A stretch of DNA of 64,000 nt from Iphione sp. A-MEVVRFRX5 (taxonomy: Eukaryota): NCBI GenBank assembly GCA_976226885.1, contig OZ320313.1, positions 164,300,001 to 164,364,000 on the forward strand, given 5' to 3'. The notes below the pieces were generated by a model that was given only the letters and a program-made list of their open reading frames with translations, was not told the origin of the DNA and searched no databases. Of this stretch, positions 35,201 to 46,744 are shown piece by piece; the stretch's first letter is position 1; each line of letters opens with the position of its first letter. Both the position numbers and the translations under genes were made by a program.

Positions 35201-38200
35201 TGTTATCCCAAGACAGCTGGTGTAAACATATATATATAGGTCTTCATACACAGGCACAAACGACTGAAGATAGCCTAGGTATAAACCGCACCGCCAACCA
35301 CGTGAGACAGAATCATTATTTTCGCTTGGATCATCCTATATAATCATCCGATAATGATTTTCTCACACATGTATTGTCATTGCACATCTCTCACAAACCA
35401 AATTCATATCACTACACACACACAAAAAAGTACCACGCTCTGTTACCACTCCGGAACTATTTTTAGAATGTTGACCGAAGAAGCCAAACACGCATATGGC
35501 AAAACCTACATGATGCGTTGGTATGTGGTTTATGGCGGGTCACGCATAGTCCGAATAACAGTGCTGTACGAAACTTAAAGTTGATTCTTTGCATTTTTTT
35601 TAGGTAGTGGGGGAGGGTCTCAGTAAGATGTTGGGGCGAATTCCTACAACGCACAGGTTGAGGAGTATATGGGAAACACATTTAAATCTGTTTTACAGTA
35701 CAACAAGGCAGAAGTTAAGCGATACTTAATCACGAAATTATTTGTAATGAATCCTATATTATTGACATGAGTCACTGGCAGCTTCCACCCCCCAACCACT
35801 GCCAATATCTAGTGTACAGTGTATTTTAATTCTATTCACAGACATCTTTTGAAGCATCCCTGCAGAGATGGTGTACAGTCTTTGTAAATAGAGACCCAGC
35901 TAGGACTATTTCTTCTTGGTCGTTCACAGACAAGAGAGATGAATAACAAACCTTGTCGATCTAGTATTTGGTTTCGTTGTTTTTATCTTACATGCCACAG
36001 TGTGGCCCAGTGATAAGTTAAATAGATAAAGTACTCGCGAGTCTTCTTCAAATGATTACAAAGAGTTTCAACACAAACATAACGAGCTACGTGCTTGGTT
36101 TGCGGGTTTATAATGGTTCATGACCTCTGTCTTGACCTTTAGTCCAAGTAGACGACCTTCCGCCGACGCTGCCCCGACGCCCGCGCCACCACCGGTCGGA
36201 GTCCATCTCGACGACCGCATCCGAGATCGAGTTCCGGAAGCGGTACCAAGCCAAAACGAGGCGCATCGTCCACCGGAAGTCTAGCACCCAGACGTACCAG
36301 CGCATGTCCGAGCGTTTCTATGGTAAGCATGATTTATCTCAGTGTTTTTCCTCTTGTCCTGTTTCCTGCAAGAATTCCTACCGAATCGGTTCACTCTCGT
36401 TCGCTGAACAGCCATTTCATCTGCATCCCTATCACTATTTTTGTTTTCTCTCCCGATCTATTCGTCCATGTTCTTAGCTAGCTAGCCTCTTTCTCCATCC
36501 CTGACTGGTCCCTACTCTTCGTCTCCCTTATACAATTTCTCCAACCCTGTCCTCTCTTCCCTCCCGTTTACCACCTGTCGCCTAAATCTCCCTCTCTGGC
36601 CTGTCTTCCCTCCTGTCTCCTAAATCTCCTTCTCTGTCCTTTCTTCCCTGCCCTTTCCCTCCTGTCTCCTAGATCTCGCTCTCTGTCCTCCCCGCCCCTC
36701 TTTTTCCCACCTGTCACCTAAATCTCCCTCTCTGGCCTGTCTTCCCTCCTGTCTCCTAAATCTCCCTCTCTGTCCTTTCTTCCGTCCCCTTTCCCTCCTG
36801 TCTCCTAGATCTCGCTCTCTGTCCTCCCCGCCCCTCTTTTTCCCTCCTGTCTCCTAGATCTCCCTCTCTTTTCCTCCTCCCACAATTATGTTCCCTCTTG
36901 CCACACCTCAACACGGTCCAATGCTGTCAGGGACAGGCAGCAGGGATTTAAAAATAGTTTTCATTGACCCCCTTGTAACATGCAGTCTGAAGTGGACGAG
37001 TATCTTAGCATTGTCTTGTGGCTGGTTTCCAGACGAGGAGCGCTGTCTAGTCGTCGAGCGTCAGTCGGTCGGGGAACCATTCGGCTTCCATATCCGCCAG
37101 TGTCGACCGGTAGTCGTCTCCACCGTCGAGGAAGGCAGCGCCGCCCAGCGGGCGGGTGTTCGTGTCGGCGACGCCGTCATCGCCGTCAATGACGTCAACG
37201 TCATGGAAGCGTCCCACCAGGAGGCCATTCGACTCATAGGTCAAGGTGGGTAACGTCGGCGATCTATGGGAGGTTTGACCGAGGCGACACCTAGCGGTGA
37301 AAAGGAGAACATGAGTTGACGACATGAGTTTAGCTGCTGCTTTACATGGAATTCGCTTTTATTAAAAACTACTTACAATTTTTGAATTCAGAGTAACGCA
37401 TCAAAATACTTCAATTTTATTCGCGTTTATCTCCTTGTCTAATATTGTCGCCATTGTTACTTTGATGACTCCCATTGATGTACCCTTTCACTGATGTCGA
37501 AATTGATTGCCCAACCAACCCTGACCGATTAGACTAGTGCCTAGAGGAAGTATTCATTCATTCCCTGCTTATCAGTTGCTGTCTCCGCTTGTCTCCCTGA
37601 CAGATCCTAACCGGGTGAAGCTCACCTTGACGACGGACCACCGGTTGCTAAGCGACATGCCCCTGCACAGCGGATACCTCATCAAGCAGGGAGGTTCGGG
37701 CCTCCTCAAGAACTGGCGCCGGCGCTGGTTCGTCCTGAAGCAAGACCACTGCCTCTACTACTACAAGACCGAGGAGGTGAGGGGCTTAGTTTACACGAGT
37801 AATAATGGTATTATTTACCGGCGAAAGACGTAATCACGAACCACACTTTGTTTCCCTCCTCAGCCACATCGTTGTTTCCAGTTATTTTGTGTCTGCTTTG
37901 CCTTTGTCCTTATCTTGTAATCTCTGTTCTTCCTCTAGATGCCACTTTCATATTAATCATTGCATATTTTATCTGGGAATCTTCCTTCTTCTTCGCCTCC
38001 TTCCTGTACTTAATTTTTTGCCGCTCACTCCTTCTTTTGCGTTCTTCTGTGAGGCCTGTCATAGTAAATGAGCCCGTAAACCACCTTCCTCCTGTCTCCT
38101 CCTCCAGGACAAGGATCCCCTCGGAGCCATCATGCTCACTAACTACACCATCACCAAGGCTCCCGAGGCCAACAGAAAGAACACCTTCAAGGCGCACAAA

Positions 38201-41055
38201 TACGGCCAGCGGACCTACTACTTCCAGGTAAGCGGTGTTCAGGAGTCGCAGGTGGTCTGTCCATGGATGCTTGAGAGTCCCGTGAGAGAAAATTATTACT
38301 AAATATCATCTCAGCATTACAGCGTGNNNNNNNNNNNNNNNNNNNNNNNNNNNNNNNNNNNNNNNNNNNNNNNNNNNNNNNNNNNNNNNNNNNNNNNNNN
38401 NNNNNNNNNNNNNNNNNNNNNNNNNNNNNNNNNNNNNNNNNNNNNNNNNNNNNNNNNNNNNNNNNNNNNNNNNNNNNNNNNNNNCTCCTTAGCCATGTAG
38501 CTGGGTTCTCTCTCCCATTTCCATACCTCTTTTCAAGATTCAAGATATTTTCTTTCTCTTTATCGTTCTTCTTTATTTATTGGAAGATTTTGTGACTTAT
38601 CATTGAGAAGTGAATAACAAATCTTGAATTTTTATCTTTCACTTTCACCCCCGGGATGTATCTTCTTCTGTCTCCTGAAACCCTCTCGTGTTTACGTGCG
38701 AGAAAGAATGATGTCTACATAGACCAGTCTATACTATTACCAACCTCTGTTAAAGGAAAGGTACAAACAACTAGATTTAAATACCAAATGTATACGTGTT
38801 CCATTGAAAACCATATAAAAAAAGAATATGGTGCCGTGTTTGTGACGATAAAAAACTGCCACTACTTTCATCACAGCACTCCATGTATTTGTTTTTCCTC
38901 AGGCCGAATCTGAGGACGATATGAACGAGTGGGCGAATGCTCTGTCCAACGCAGCCAACACCACCACGAAGGTACGCTCAGGAACTCACTAACATGCAAT
39001 TAGGGCAGTCACTGTTTGTAAATACCGTGTCGGGTTACCGTAGAACTTTCTCAGAGGTTTCATCTGCTTAACAACGTTCGAATTATTAATCAGAACACAT
39101 AACTTAAGAACACCTAACATGAATATTGCAAGTTTTTATTGTTCTACGTCTCTCTGGCAGAGTGTTAACATGACAAGATTGGCCGTTAAAATGCTGATAT
39201 ATGGGCTAATATAACCTTCTATTCACGTTTTGGCAACTCAGACATTTTTACTGGCTGTCTTCTAATCACCCTGTCAGTTACCACGTCATAAGACGAAGCA
39301 TGGTCGTTTTCTTCAACGACCAAGAGATAATAACAAATAACAGAGGACTTTTCCACTGTAGATCAGAAAAGATAAAGTCACAGAAATACTACTGAGTTAT
39401 GGGCGAAATGGATCTTAAGAGTGTGAGAGAGGCAGGCATTAGAACGGAACCAAGATTAATTGCACTGTATCCTACTGGTACCGGTACCTTGACCAACTGA
39501 CACACGTTCATATCTGAGTATTTACTACTATTTGTAAACTCTCCCGTGTTGTAGATGTATTTCGTAGTGGATGTATGCATAGCAAACCCATTGACATTTT
39601 TTGTTATAACATATGAAGCAGTCGTGTTCTGTAAAAAATAGATTGATGATCGTGTATCGTAGGTAGTCCTATAAATCAACTATGGTTCAGATCAGAGAGA
39701 GTGCACTTTGACTAAGCCTGTGAGATGTCTAATGAACAAATTAGTCTTGGGATGAATTATCATGTTCCCGCTGTGAATATTTCCTATTCACCCTGATTAT
39801 TTGATTGACCAGACGGACACGTGGCTGGATGTCAGCAGCCACAACGTAGGACTTCCGGCGCTCTCCATCCGGGAACCTGACTGCCATGGCCACATGACCA
39901 AATTAGGACATCGGCGTAAAAACTGGAAGAGGCGTTATTGCGTCTTGAAGGACGCTTGTCTCTATTACTATGTAGACCTGACTTCATCCACGGCACAAGG
40001 TAATTGGCTCTGTTGAACCTATCAATTTCTCTTTCTCCCTTTCCCTTTCCCTCTCTATCTCTGTCTCACGCTCTCTCTCTTGCTTGCTCGCTTTCTTGCG
40101 CTCTCTCTCTCTTGCTCTTGCTGTCTCTTGCTCTCTCTCGTTATGTCTCTTGCTCTCGTTGTCTCTTGCTCTCTCTCTTTCTGTCTCTTACCCTTGCTGT
40201 ATCTCTTGCTCTCCCTCTTTCTGTCTCTTGCTCTCTTTCTGTCTCTTACNNNNNNNNNNNNNNNNNNNNNNNNNNNNNNNNNNNNNNNNNNNNNNNNNNN
40301 NNNNNNNNNNNNNNNNNNNNNNNNNNNNNNNNNNNNNNNNNNNNNNNNNNNNNNNNNNNNNNNNNNNNNNNNNNNNNNNNNNNNNNNNNNNNNNNNNNNN
40401 NNNNNNNNNNGGGCTGTTATCTGTATACCCCCCCCCCCTTGAAGTATAATGGAATCGTAATGGTGCACTTAATCCAAACCTTGTATTTTTCGTCTCTGTT
40501 CATCCCTGGCCACCAGGTGTCGCCCATCTACACGGTTACTCGGTGGATGAGAGTTTTCCCTTCAACAAGAAGTTTGGCTTCACGCTCGTCCCGCCAGATC
40601 CATCAATGAGAACGTTCTACTTCTTCACCGACAATGAAACTGACATGAGGAGGTACGCACCCTCACACATTTCACCGTCTGCACTTACACGAGTCAAACC
40701 TATTTGAAAGCTACATTTTTCAAACTCTTAAGGTCATAGATGCTACTTGAAAGCTACATTTTAAGTTTAGGTGTTACCACACGAGCCACTACTTGTGTAT
40801 AGCTGTCTCCGTCTTTTGTGAGCATGAAGACCGTTGATAATTGCGGTGTAATTTTCATTGAATAGTAGTTAATGTTTTCCTTTGACTGATTCATAAGTAA
40901 AACGCTTCTCCAACAAAATGAACCCTTCGTTGACAAACGAGAACGGAGAGATTCAACGAGTAAACAAGCTGATGTGATTTTTTGTGTGTGTCGCCAGGTG
41001 GATTAAGGCCATGCGGAAGTCCATTGGTCGTTGGGTGAAGGCAGAAGACTACTGA
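8836..41055 (+). CDS. PDZPH1: PDZ and two-PH-domain protein (PDZPH1-like), long isoform, about 970 aa, 10 coding exons
   Basis: Exons 8836-10315, 25154-25450, 36143-36322, 37033-37245, 37604-37776, 38108-38227, 38903-38971, 39813-39999, 40517-40652, 40998-41055; all GT-AG with consistent phases; sum 2913 nt = 971 codons including TGA. Architecture (long disordered N-terminus, HRSES..EFRKRY motif, PDZ, PH, PH) fits vertebrate Pdzph1 as recalled; the symbol is a family-level call. Confidence 0.8.
11510..11730. repeat. Degenerate short-period repeat (gactactgg / gactgctgg)
   Basis: Recurrent gacta/gactg motifs. Confidence 0.55.
11776..12005. mobile_element. MITE with ~45-bp imperfect TIRs starting with a G-run, flanked by TA
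   Basis: Left gggggattcacttgtatccgtat...gtacggatccgtaga; right (reverse complement) gggggattcacatgcatccgtat...gtacgggtccggaga. Confidence 0.65.
12554..12597. repeat. (GA)n/(GACA)n microsatellite
   Basis: Direct reading. Confidence 0.9.
17020..17095 (+). promoter_or_regulatory. Internal TATA/Inr core promoter with CRE and CTCF-like site
   Basis: TGACGTCA 17020-27; CCGCTAGGGGGCGCT 17036-50; TATAAAAAG 17062-70; Inr TCAGTT with A at 17092, 30 nt after the TATA. Confidence 0.7.
17496..17544 (+). CDS. PDZPH1: Alternative first coding exon of the PDZPH1-like gene (MLDPLLLYHPDLDGIT-G); predicted 493-aa isoform
   Basis: gcaccATG Kozak context, upstream in-frame TAG at 17394, donor G|GTGAGA in phase 1 matching exon 25154. 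Confidence 0.6.
18755..18822. repeat. (CTT)n microsatellite
   Basis: Direct reading. Confidence 0.95.
21179..21206. repeat. (TG)n microsatellite
   Basis: Direct reading. Confidence 0.95.
22599..22645. repeat. Alternating purine-pyrimidine tract (TG)n(CG)n(TG)n
   Basis: Direct reading. Confidence 0.95.
25154..25450 (+). CDS. PDZPH1: PDZPH1-like exon (GIYAESYRNSQWLYLG..., acidic)
   Basis: tattttcAG acceptor, phase 1-1, GTAAGC donor, open frame. Confidence 0.85.
26194..26266. repeat. (CT)n(CA)n compound microsatellite
   Basis: Direct reading. Confidence 0.95.
30613..30740. mobile_element. Truncated end of a related pogo-type MITE
   Basis: TA|cagttgaaac... followed by repeated gagacca motifs; other end not found. 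Confidence 0.4.
31197..32083. mobile_element. Tc1/mariner-pogo-type MITE containing an 84-bp array (31393-31773) and a 31-bp array (31801-31970)
   Basis: TA flanks; ends caggagaacc... / ...ggttctcctg; many ggcgacc motifs; 84-bp unit starts at 31393, 31477, 31561, 31645, 31729; same termini as 51138-51721. Confidence 0.85.
33010..33022 (+). CDS. PDZPH1: Candidate third first exon of the PDZPH1-like gene (MATR-, phase 1 to exon 36143); predicted 382-aa isoform
   Basis: accATGG Kozak context, G|GTGAGC donor, GC-rich patch, TATA-like catatagg at about 32962, RFX X-box GTCACCATGGCAAC 33004-17. Confidence 0.4.
36143..36322 (+). CDS. PDZPH1: PDZPH1-like exon (HHRSESISTTASEIEFRKRYQAKTRRIVHRK)
   Basis: Phase 1-1, 180 nt, GTAAGC donor; not shown as a + ORF in the track because it has no start codon near its 5' end. 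Confidence 0.85.
36574..36880. repeat. Pyrimidine-rich higher-order repeat (38+49+49 = 136 bp, twice plus a partial copy)
   Basis: cctgtcRcctaaatctcc recurs at 36574 and 36710. Confidence 0.8.
37033..37245 (+). CDS. PDZPH1: PDZ domain exon
   Basis: EPFGFHIRQCRPVVVSTVEEGSAAQRAGVRVGDAVIAVNDVNVMEASHQEAIRLI = canonical PDZ motifs. Confidence 0.95.
37604..38971 (+). CDS. PDZPH1: First PH domain (exons 37604-37776, 38108-38227, 38903-38971)
   Basis: SGYLIKQGGSGLLKNWRRRWFVLK..LYYYK / GAIMLTNYTI..RTYYFQ / AESEDDMNEWANAL. Confidence 0.95.
39813..41055 (+). CDS. PDZPH1: Second PH domain and stop (exons 39813-39999, 40517-40652, 40998-41055)
   Basis: GHMTKLGHRRKNWKRRYCVLKDACLYYY / GVAHLHGYSV..RTFYFFTDNETDMR / RWIKAMRKSIGRWVKAEDY*. 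Confidence 0.95.
40045..40249. repeat. (CT/CTCTTG)n low-complexity tract abutting an assembly gap
   Basis: Direct reading. Confidence 0.9.
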
Positions 41056-43123
41056 TGGTGGAGAGGTTACCATGACGATATTGTCGTTTGGGGCGGTTTT
41101 GTACTGACGTAGCGGCCAACGCTTGCCCATCACTTCTCTAAACTGCTGGGTTATCAGTCAAAGAGATACCTGCAGAATGGCAACACAGATGATAACCTAA
41201 GGTTCTGTGTTTCCCTAAAGAATGGTAGTACATTAAAGTGCTTAAAACAATTTTTTTTACACTCAAGGTACGGTAACCTAAAATACCAGTAAAGAAGTTG
41301 ATACTATTGCATGTGGTCATCCATTGTTAATTTATGTTTCGTAAGGTAGGTAAAATCATTCGAACGAAAACACAATGAGTAAAGGATGAAAGGCGGCTTT
41401 ATTACGAAAGCAAAATGTTTCGTTCTGAAAATCTTTTTTTATTCAGGGGTCTCTGTTTTCTGATATTAGCGAGCGGTTCTTTATTGAGTACCGTACCATT
41501 TTTTCCTGTATGAAACGTTCCTTTTATATATAAATTGGATTTCCAAGTTGTAAGAATATGATATACTTGTATTCTACATGGGTGCAATTTTCGTTTATTT
41601 TTTAATTAGATTAAGTAAAAAAAATCCCCGGAAGGCATTTGTACTTAAGAGTCACCTCTAGTGGACATCAGCCTTTTCATGTACATCTTCTTAAAGGTTG
41701 ATAATCAGTAAGATTAAATGAAGCACGATGCATACCATGCAAGGAGGAGCTAGGTTTGGCCAATGATGTGACATCAGCGAGTGCCTATAGCGGGTTCTAT
41801 TTCTTTGTTTTTAAATGTGATTGATGTTTAACCTTGGTTGAATACATTCCATGAAGTGTTCGGCATAATACTGCCGGCATAATTTTGACTTGATGTGGCA
41901 TTATTATATTACGATGGACCGCTGTAAGAACGTTGAGTGGTAATTCTGTATTTTGAAGATGTTAGATCTTTGCCAGTAGAACTGCTGTAAAACTTCTACA
42001 TAGATGCAGCAGCCTCTGTTTAGAAGGCTTACGGTAAAGTTAATTAATATACATGTTATTATCTAGTCGAGTAACTGTCTACAAGTGGCAGACGGATGGC
42101 ATTCCATTCCAAAATCTATTCATGGACGGATTTTGAAATTATTTGTAAATAGATTTTATAAGATAATCTTGAATATGTTAATGCACATTGTGAATGTTCA
42201 GCTAGTGTCCTTGCTTTGGTGTGCAGACGACCGGGATTACGCAATTCCTATATCTCTGACGTTGCGTTTCACGTGAAACGTGCTGCCATCTCATGAGACG
42301 CAATGAAACTAACCGTACTCAACTCTTACCTGTTTTTAGAACTCATTTATATACTGAAGCTCCATTTTCCGCGTCACATTACCTCTAATTCGTCAAAACC
42401 ACAGGTGTTCACTATCAAACCATTCCTAGTTCACGTCATTCTTTTAGCTTGACTAAAAATGCATATTTTGTTGTGATAATCAGGCTTCACGTTCTTTATC
42501 AAGAAGGAAGCTCAGGTACTCTTGTATATTGAATACGGCCGACCGATGAGTTATATGTAATGTGTATAGGTTTTAATAAGATTTTAAACGTATAAATTTA
42601 TCTCTTGAAACAAAAACGCCGAGCGCTCATAATAGTATACCAGATACAATAGTGCGACTCATCAAGAACAGTGGTTTACATCGCGGATTTTCCATGCTAC
42701 AAGATCTCTTCTATTTTGAGATTGGAGACAACTGGACATATCACTGAAGCATTCCACTTGATATGAAAACTTTTCGGTGGTATACAGTGGTAACATTCGT
42801 ACTAGAGATCAGAAAATTCTAGTTGACACGATTCAGACCTAGCATAAAGACATACATGTATTGTGGAGGTGAATATGTTTCATCTAGATAAAGTGTAAAT
42901 GTCTGTGTGCGTTCGCTCGCATGTATGCCAGTTGGTGTGTTACACTCTAATTTAACCTTTAGAATATATCTTGCAAGGAGTGATGGGTACAAGTTTTACT
43001 TCAAGTGCCAAAGTGGCAAAGAGAAACTACTTCTTGTGCAAATTGACCGATCGCTGAGCGAGTGGAAATTCTTTCTGTTTAAAGAATGGCAATATCTTCA
43101 GACATGGCTATATATGTATTATG

Positions 43124-43408
43124 CAGGCCGGTAACCAAGGGGGTATTGGGGTATCACCCAATACCGTGATACCGCCCGCCCCCACAAGCAGCACTTGGGT
43201 CCACTCAGAGAAGAAAAAATTGGTGAATAAAAGTGAGGAAATTACTTGATTTTTTTCATAAAATATAGCTAACAAGGCTATTTCCTTGGGGTTCCACCTG
43301 CCTTACCACGAGTTCTACCTCTCTTACCAGGAGGTCCACCTCTGTAACCAGGAAGTTCACTTCTCTAATTTCGGATACTCCCCACAAAAAGTTTTGGCTA
43401 TGGGCCTG
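43124..43408. mobile_element. Second copy of the 5-bp-TSD MITE family (opposite orientation to 3166-3335)
   Basis: TIRs caggccggtaacca / tggctatgggcctg; flanks ttatg / tgatg; shares the gatacccc..atacccccttgg subterminal sequence. Confidence 0.7.
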
Positions 43409-46051
43409 TGATGGTCTAATCGTCTGTATTTTCTTGACAGAGAAATATGCGTAACTGCCAGGCGTATATGACATATTTTTTCCTTCTCATTGGTTCATGC
43501 TCCTGTCACTGATGAGCAGCGATTGGTCAGTTCACAGCTTTAAATTCATGCTACTGGTCCCCGTGTCTGGTTGGATGTACCTCACGTAAGAATACTGTGA
43601 AATGGAAATAAGCGTTCAGAAGAAAGATGTTACCTGCACACTAGAACTTGTAACAGTGTTGAGAGGAAATTGTAACAGCTTGGGAAGTGCACATGGAGAG
43701 AATACGAGTTTATTTCTCCGGTAGGTTAACGAATCAGATGAATTAGCGCTGTTGACTGGAGACGTCAGTGAGTAGTTCTCCTCGTCGATGTTGTAACAGC
43801 ATTCTTTTCAGTATAGGTCTCTGATTGTGATATTGTGGGATCTCTTTGACGCATATGGTATGACCGCAAATACCGCACAATAATCCCATGCATCATACCT
43901 AGAAAACATGAACACATAAGAGATATTCTACTCTACGTCTCATCTTGGAGAAATTCAGAAGCATGCAAGAAAGTTCACTCCTCCACCACTTAATCAATAA
44001 TGGTCTATTTGATGAAAATATCCATCCTGCAAAAGATAGATCTGTATCTCGGTAATATTACCATATGCGAACACTTAGCCTATGTACCTACATCAGGATG
44101 TCTTTTATCTCCCTTGGTTTGAGCATGTTTTGTTATAATATGAGTTGTTTTTACGTATAGCCCTGTTTTTCACTTGAGTTGACAATCTTCATTTGTGATA
44201 GTGTATGCAACTTTTAATGATTGCTCCTAACGTAAGCATCTTTCATTTTTCATTCCCTTCAGGAGATGCATCTGGCACCTCCGAAGGAAGGTTATGAGCA
44301 GAGTGTGTCATATTTAACTCATTATTCTCCTGGGTTCTGTATACAAATCACAAATAAGACTCGGGCAAAACGAGAACGTGTAGAACATGTTTTTACTAAA
44401 ATAATGATACCTCAAGGAATACATTTGTTGAATTCGTTGTCTCGCAACACTGACTCGCCTGTCTTGGATATTGTGTAATAAATAGTTGTTGACATGTCTG
44501 TCACTAAATATGCATGTGGAAAACTATGAAAAAAATGGAAAGTGTAATATCTGAACTTACATTATTGAGGTGGTCAGATGAATGACCCACACCACTTGAT
44601 TGCCACGTATTTGAGGGGAACAATAGTAGCACATCATGTTCTTGATATTGGGTCTTCTGCTTGCGACTAGCCCCCCCCCCCCTCCAAAAAAAATCTATTT
44701 CTGATAACATCATGGAAAAAATCATGGAAATATATGGGGTTCGTAGATTGGTGGGGTTTTGTTTTTCTAATATACAAATGTTACAGGGAAAGTACTAGAC
44801 ATTACTTTGCAAGCCTGGAACTATTACTTTTACTGCTTGGATTTTAATGATTTTAACATCATATGAAAGCCAATGACCTAAAGAACAAAATAGTACATTT
44901 TAGGAATCTGTGGCTTTAATAAGGTGCACAAGAATAATAAAAAAAAGTGCTTACATGCCAAAAAGAAGGGTAGTTTGGGTTACCGGACACACATTTTGTT
45001 TATTAGATTTTTATTAGATTATTACATTTCTTGGCAATCCCTTTCTTCTGGTATTCATAACTTACTTCATCTTCCAAAATCCGTACCCGCTGATATTTTG
45101 TAACGACCACTTCAGGTCATGCATGTTCCTGGAGGTATTTTTTATCATTTAAATGTATAGAATTTCAATACTGATCTATAGAGATGATACCTTGTAAGCA
45201 GAGGCATGAAAGGTGCGATCATTGATTTTAATATAATGCAGTTTTTTTCTTCACAAGCAAAGGAAACTTGACCATTTGACAACTTATTTGGTCTCTAATG
45301 CTTGGTACAATTATTCATCAAATATTTCTTCGTCCGCGCTTATATATAACTCAGCAATGTTTGTTGTGAAGACTGTTTTTGAACATGGCTATGTGAATAA
45401 TCTATTGTGAACTTCTTTATTGTTTTGGTGCGTGTGCCCGAGCGTTTAGACTAGGTTGAACGCAAATGTTATGCTTGAATATGTTGGCCATAGGAATAAA
45501 CAATCATTTTACATTTCGCCTTCGCTCGTTCGTTAATTTAGCGTGAATTGGGGGACATACTGGATAGAATATTTTTAGTTTTAGGGAGGTCATTGATAGT
45601 TTGAAAGGCCTATCGGGAATAAAAGCAAAGTGTTCTCTATATACGTTACTACAACCATTCCACATAGGATTGTAAGTAGTATAAGAAAAGTAGTCACGTT
45701 CATACATTGCCCAACAACCCTTGGCTCTTCTTGAGACAGATACCTATATTATCATGCTTCGGGATGTAATCTATTTTTGCCATCGCTTGTATTCTATTCG
45801 ATATTACTAAGAGAACAAGATGGAAAATAGATGTGAACAACAAAAAAAAGGCACAAGTCAACGATGCATCGTAAGAAGTAGATTTCGATTTTATTGGAAC
45901 TATGTCAAACTGATTTGTTACTTCATCCACCGTGCCCCGGGAAGCTGTCTTTCGTTGTGTACATCAGGGATGGGCATAGTAATACATTAGTATTGATCGG
46001 CTAACGCTACTGCCATTGCTGCTGCTGCTACTAGGCCTACTAATGCCACCA

Positions 46052-46052
<1 letters not shown>

Positions 46053-46131
<79 letters not shown>
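46053..46131. repeat. (CTG/GCT)n trinucleotide tract, about 26 units
   Basis: Direct reading. Confidence 0.95.
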
Positions 46132-46132
<1 letters not shown>

Positions 46133-46138
46133 GAACTA

Positions 46139-46744
46139 TTAGCTTTCCCTTACGCGCTCGGTCGACGATCGCCCGCCCGCCCGCCTCCACGTCAGAGCTC
46201 TCCTTCGCCTACTTCCTTGCCTCCCCCCCCCCCTTATCTCCCTCCCTCCACTAAACTCCCGGACCTCCTCCTCCCTCACAACCCCCTTCTCCCCCTCCTC
46301 CTCCCACCCCCTCCTCCCGGCGGCGCTCAGTAGTAACAAGCGGCCACCGCCGGGGAGAGCGATGCCAGCTCCGCCATCGGCGCTGACTGACACCAATGAG
46401 GACGTCCATGTAGACGGCCTGTCAGCAAACACACGCCAGCCTCAGGTCCAAACTTGGAGGTTTTCTACCCATCGTATCTCATTGGAAAACACAACATTGG
46501 AAACATAAGGTCGTGGATACGTCCTCTGCTTGGCTTTACCGTGATTTAGAGCTAGCGCGATTATTGGAAGCAGCATTGCCAGAAAATCGACACAGACATC
46601 TGCTGCCAGTTGCAGGAACACACATAACATAAGCAGCAGACGGCATCGCCTTCTCCGCCATGGCATCAAGACAGCGTAGCGACGTGTTGTTGATGTGCCT
46701 ACCACCACCATCATCAAATATCTCGCCTTCCATATAAATTCAAA
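46139..46744 (+). promoter_or_regulatory. GC-rich putative distal promoter / non-coding first exon of the quick-to-court-like gene
   Basis: CpG-rich with cgcccgcccgcc GC boxes and a C-rich tract; possible donor aaa|GTAGGT at about 46745; the only downstream + gene is qtc-like. Confidence 0.35.

Larger units (their letters stand above)
10458..40410. other. Six assembly gaps (N): 10458-10598, 13860-14052, 26881-27021, 29267-29403, 38327-38484, 40250-40410
   Basis: Runs of n; all fall in introns of the PDZ-PH gene model. Confidence 1.

Noticed and set aside
42265-42280. 16-bp palindrome CGTTTCACGTGAAACG resembling bacterial parS
   Set aside because: Single copy in a eukaryotic 3' region; better read as an E-box-centred palindrome or chance.
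45987-46333. Poly-Ala / poly-Leu ORFs (also poly-Leu/Lys at 18.7 kb and ER repeats at 26.2 kb)
   Set aside because: Translations of microsatellites.
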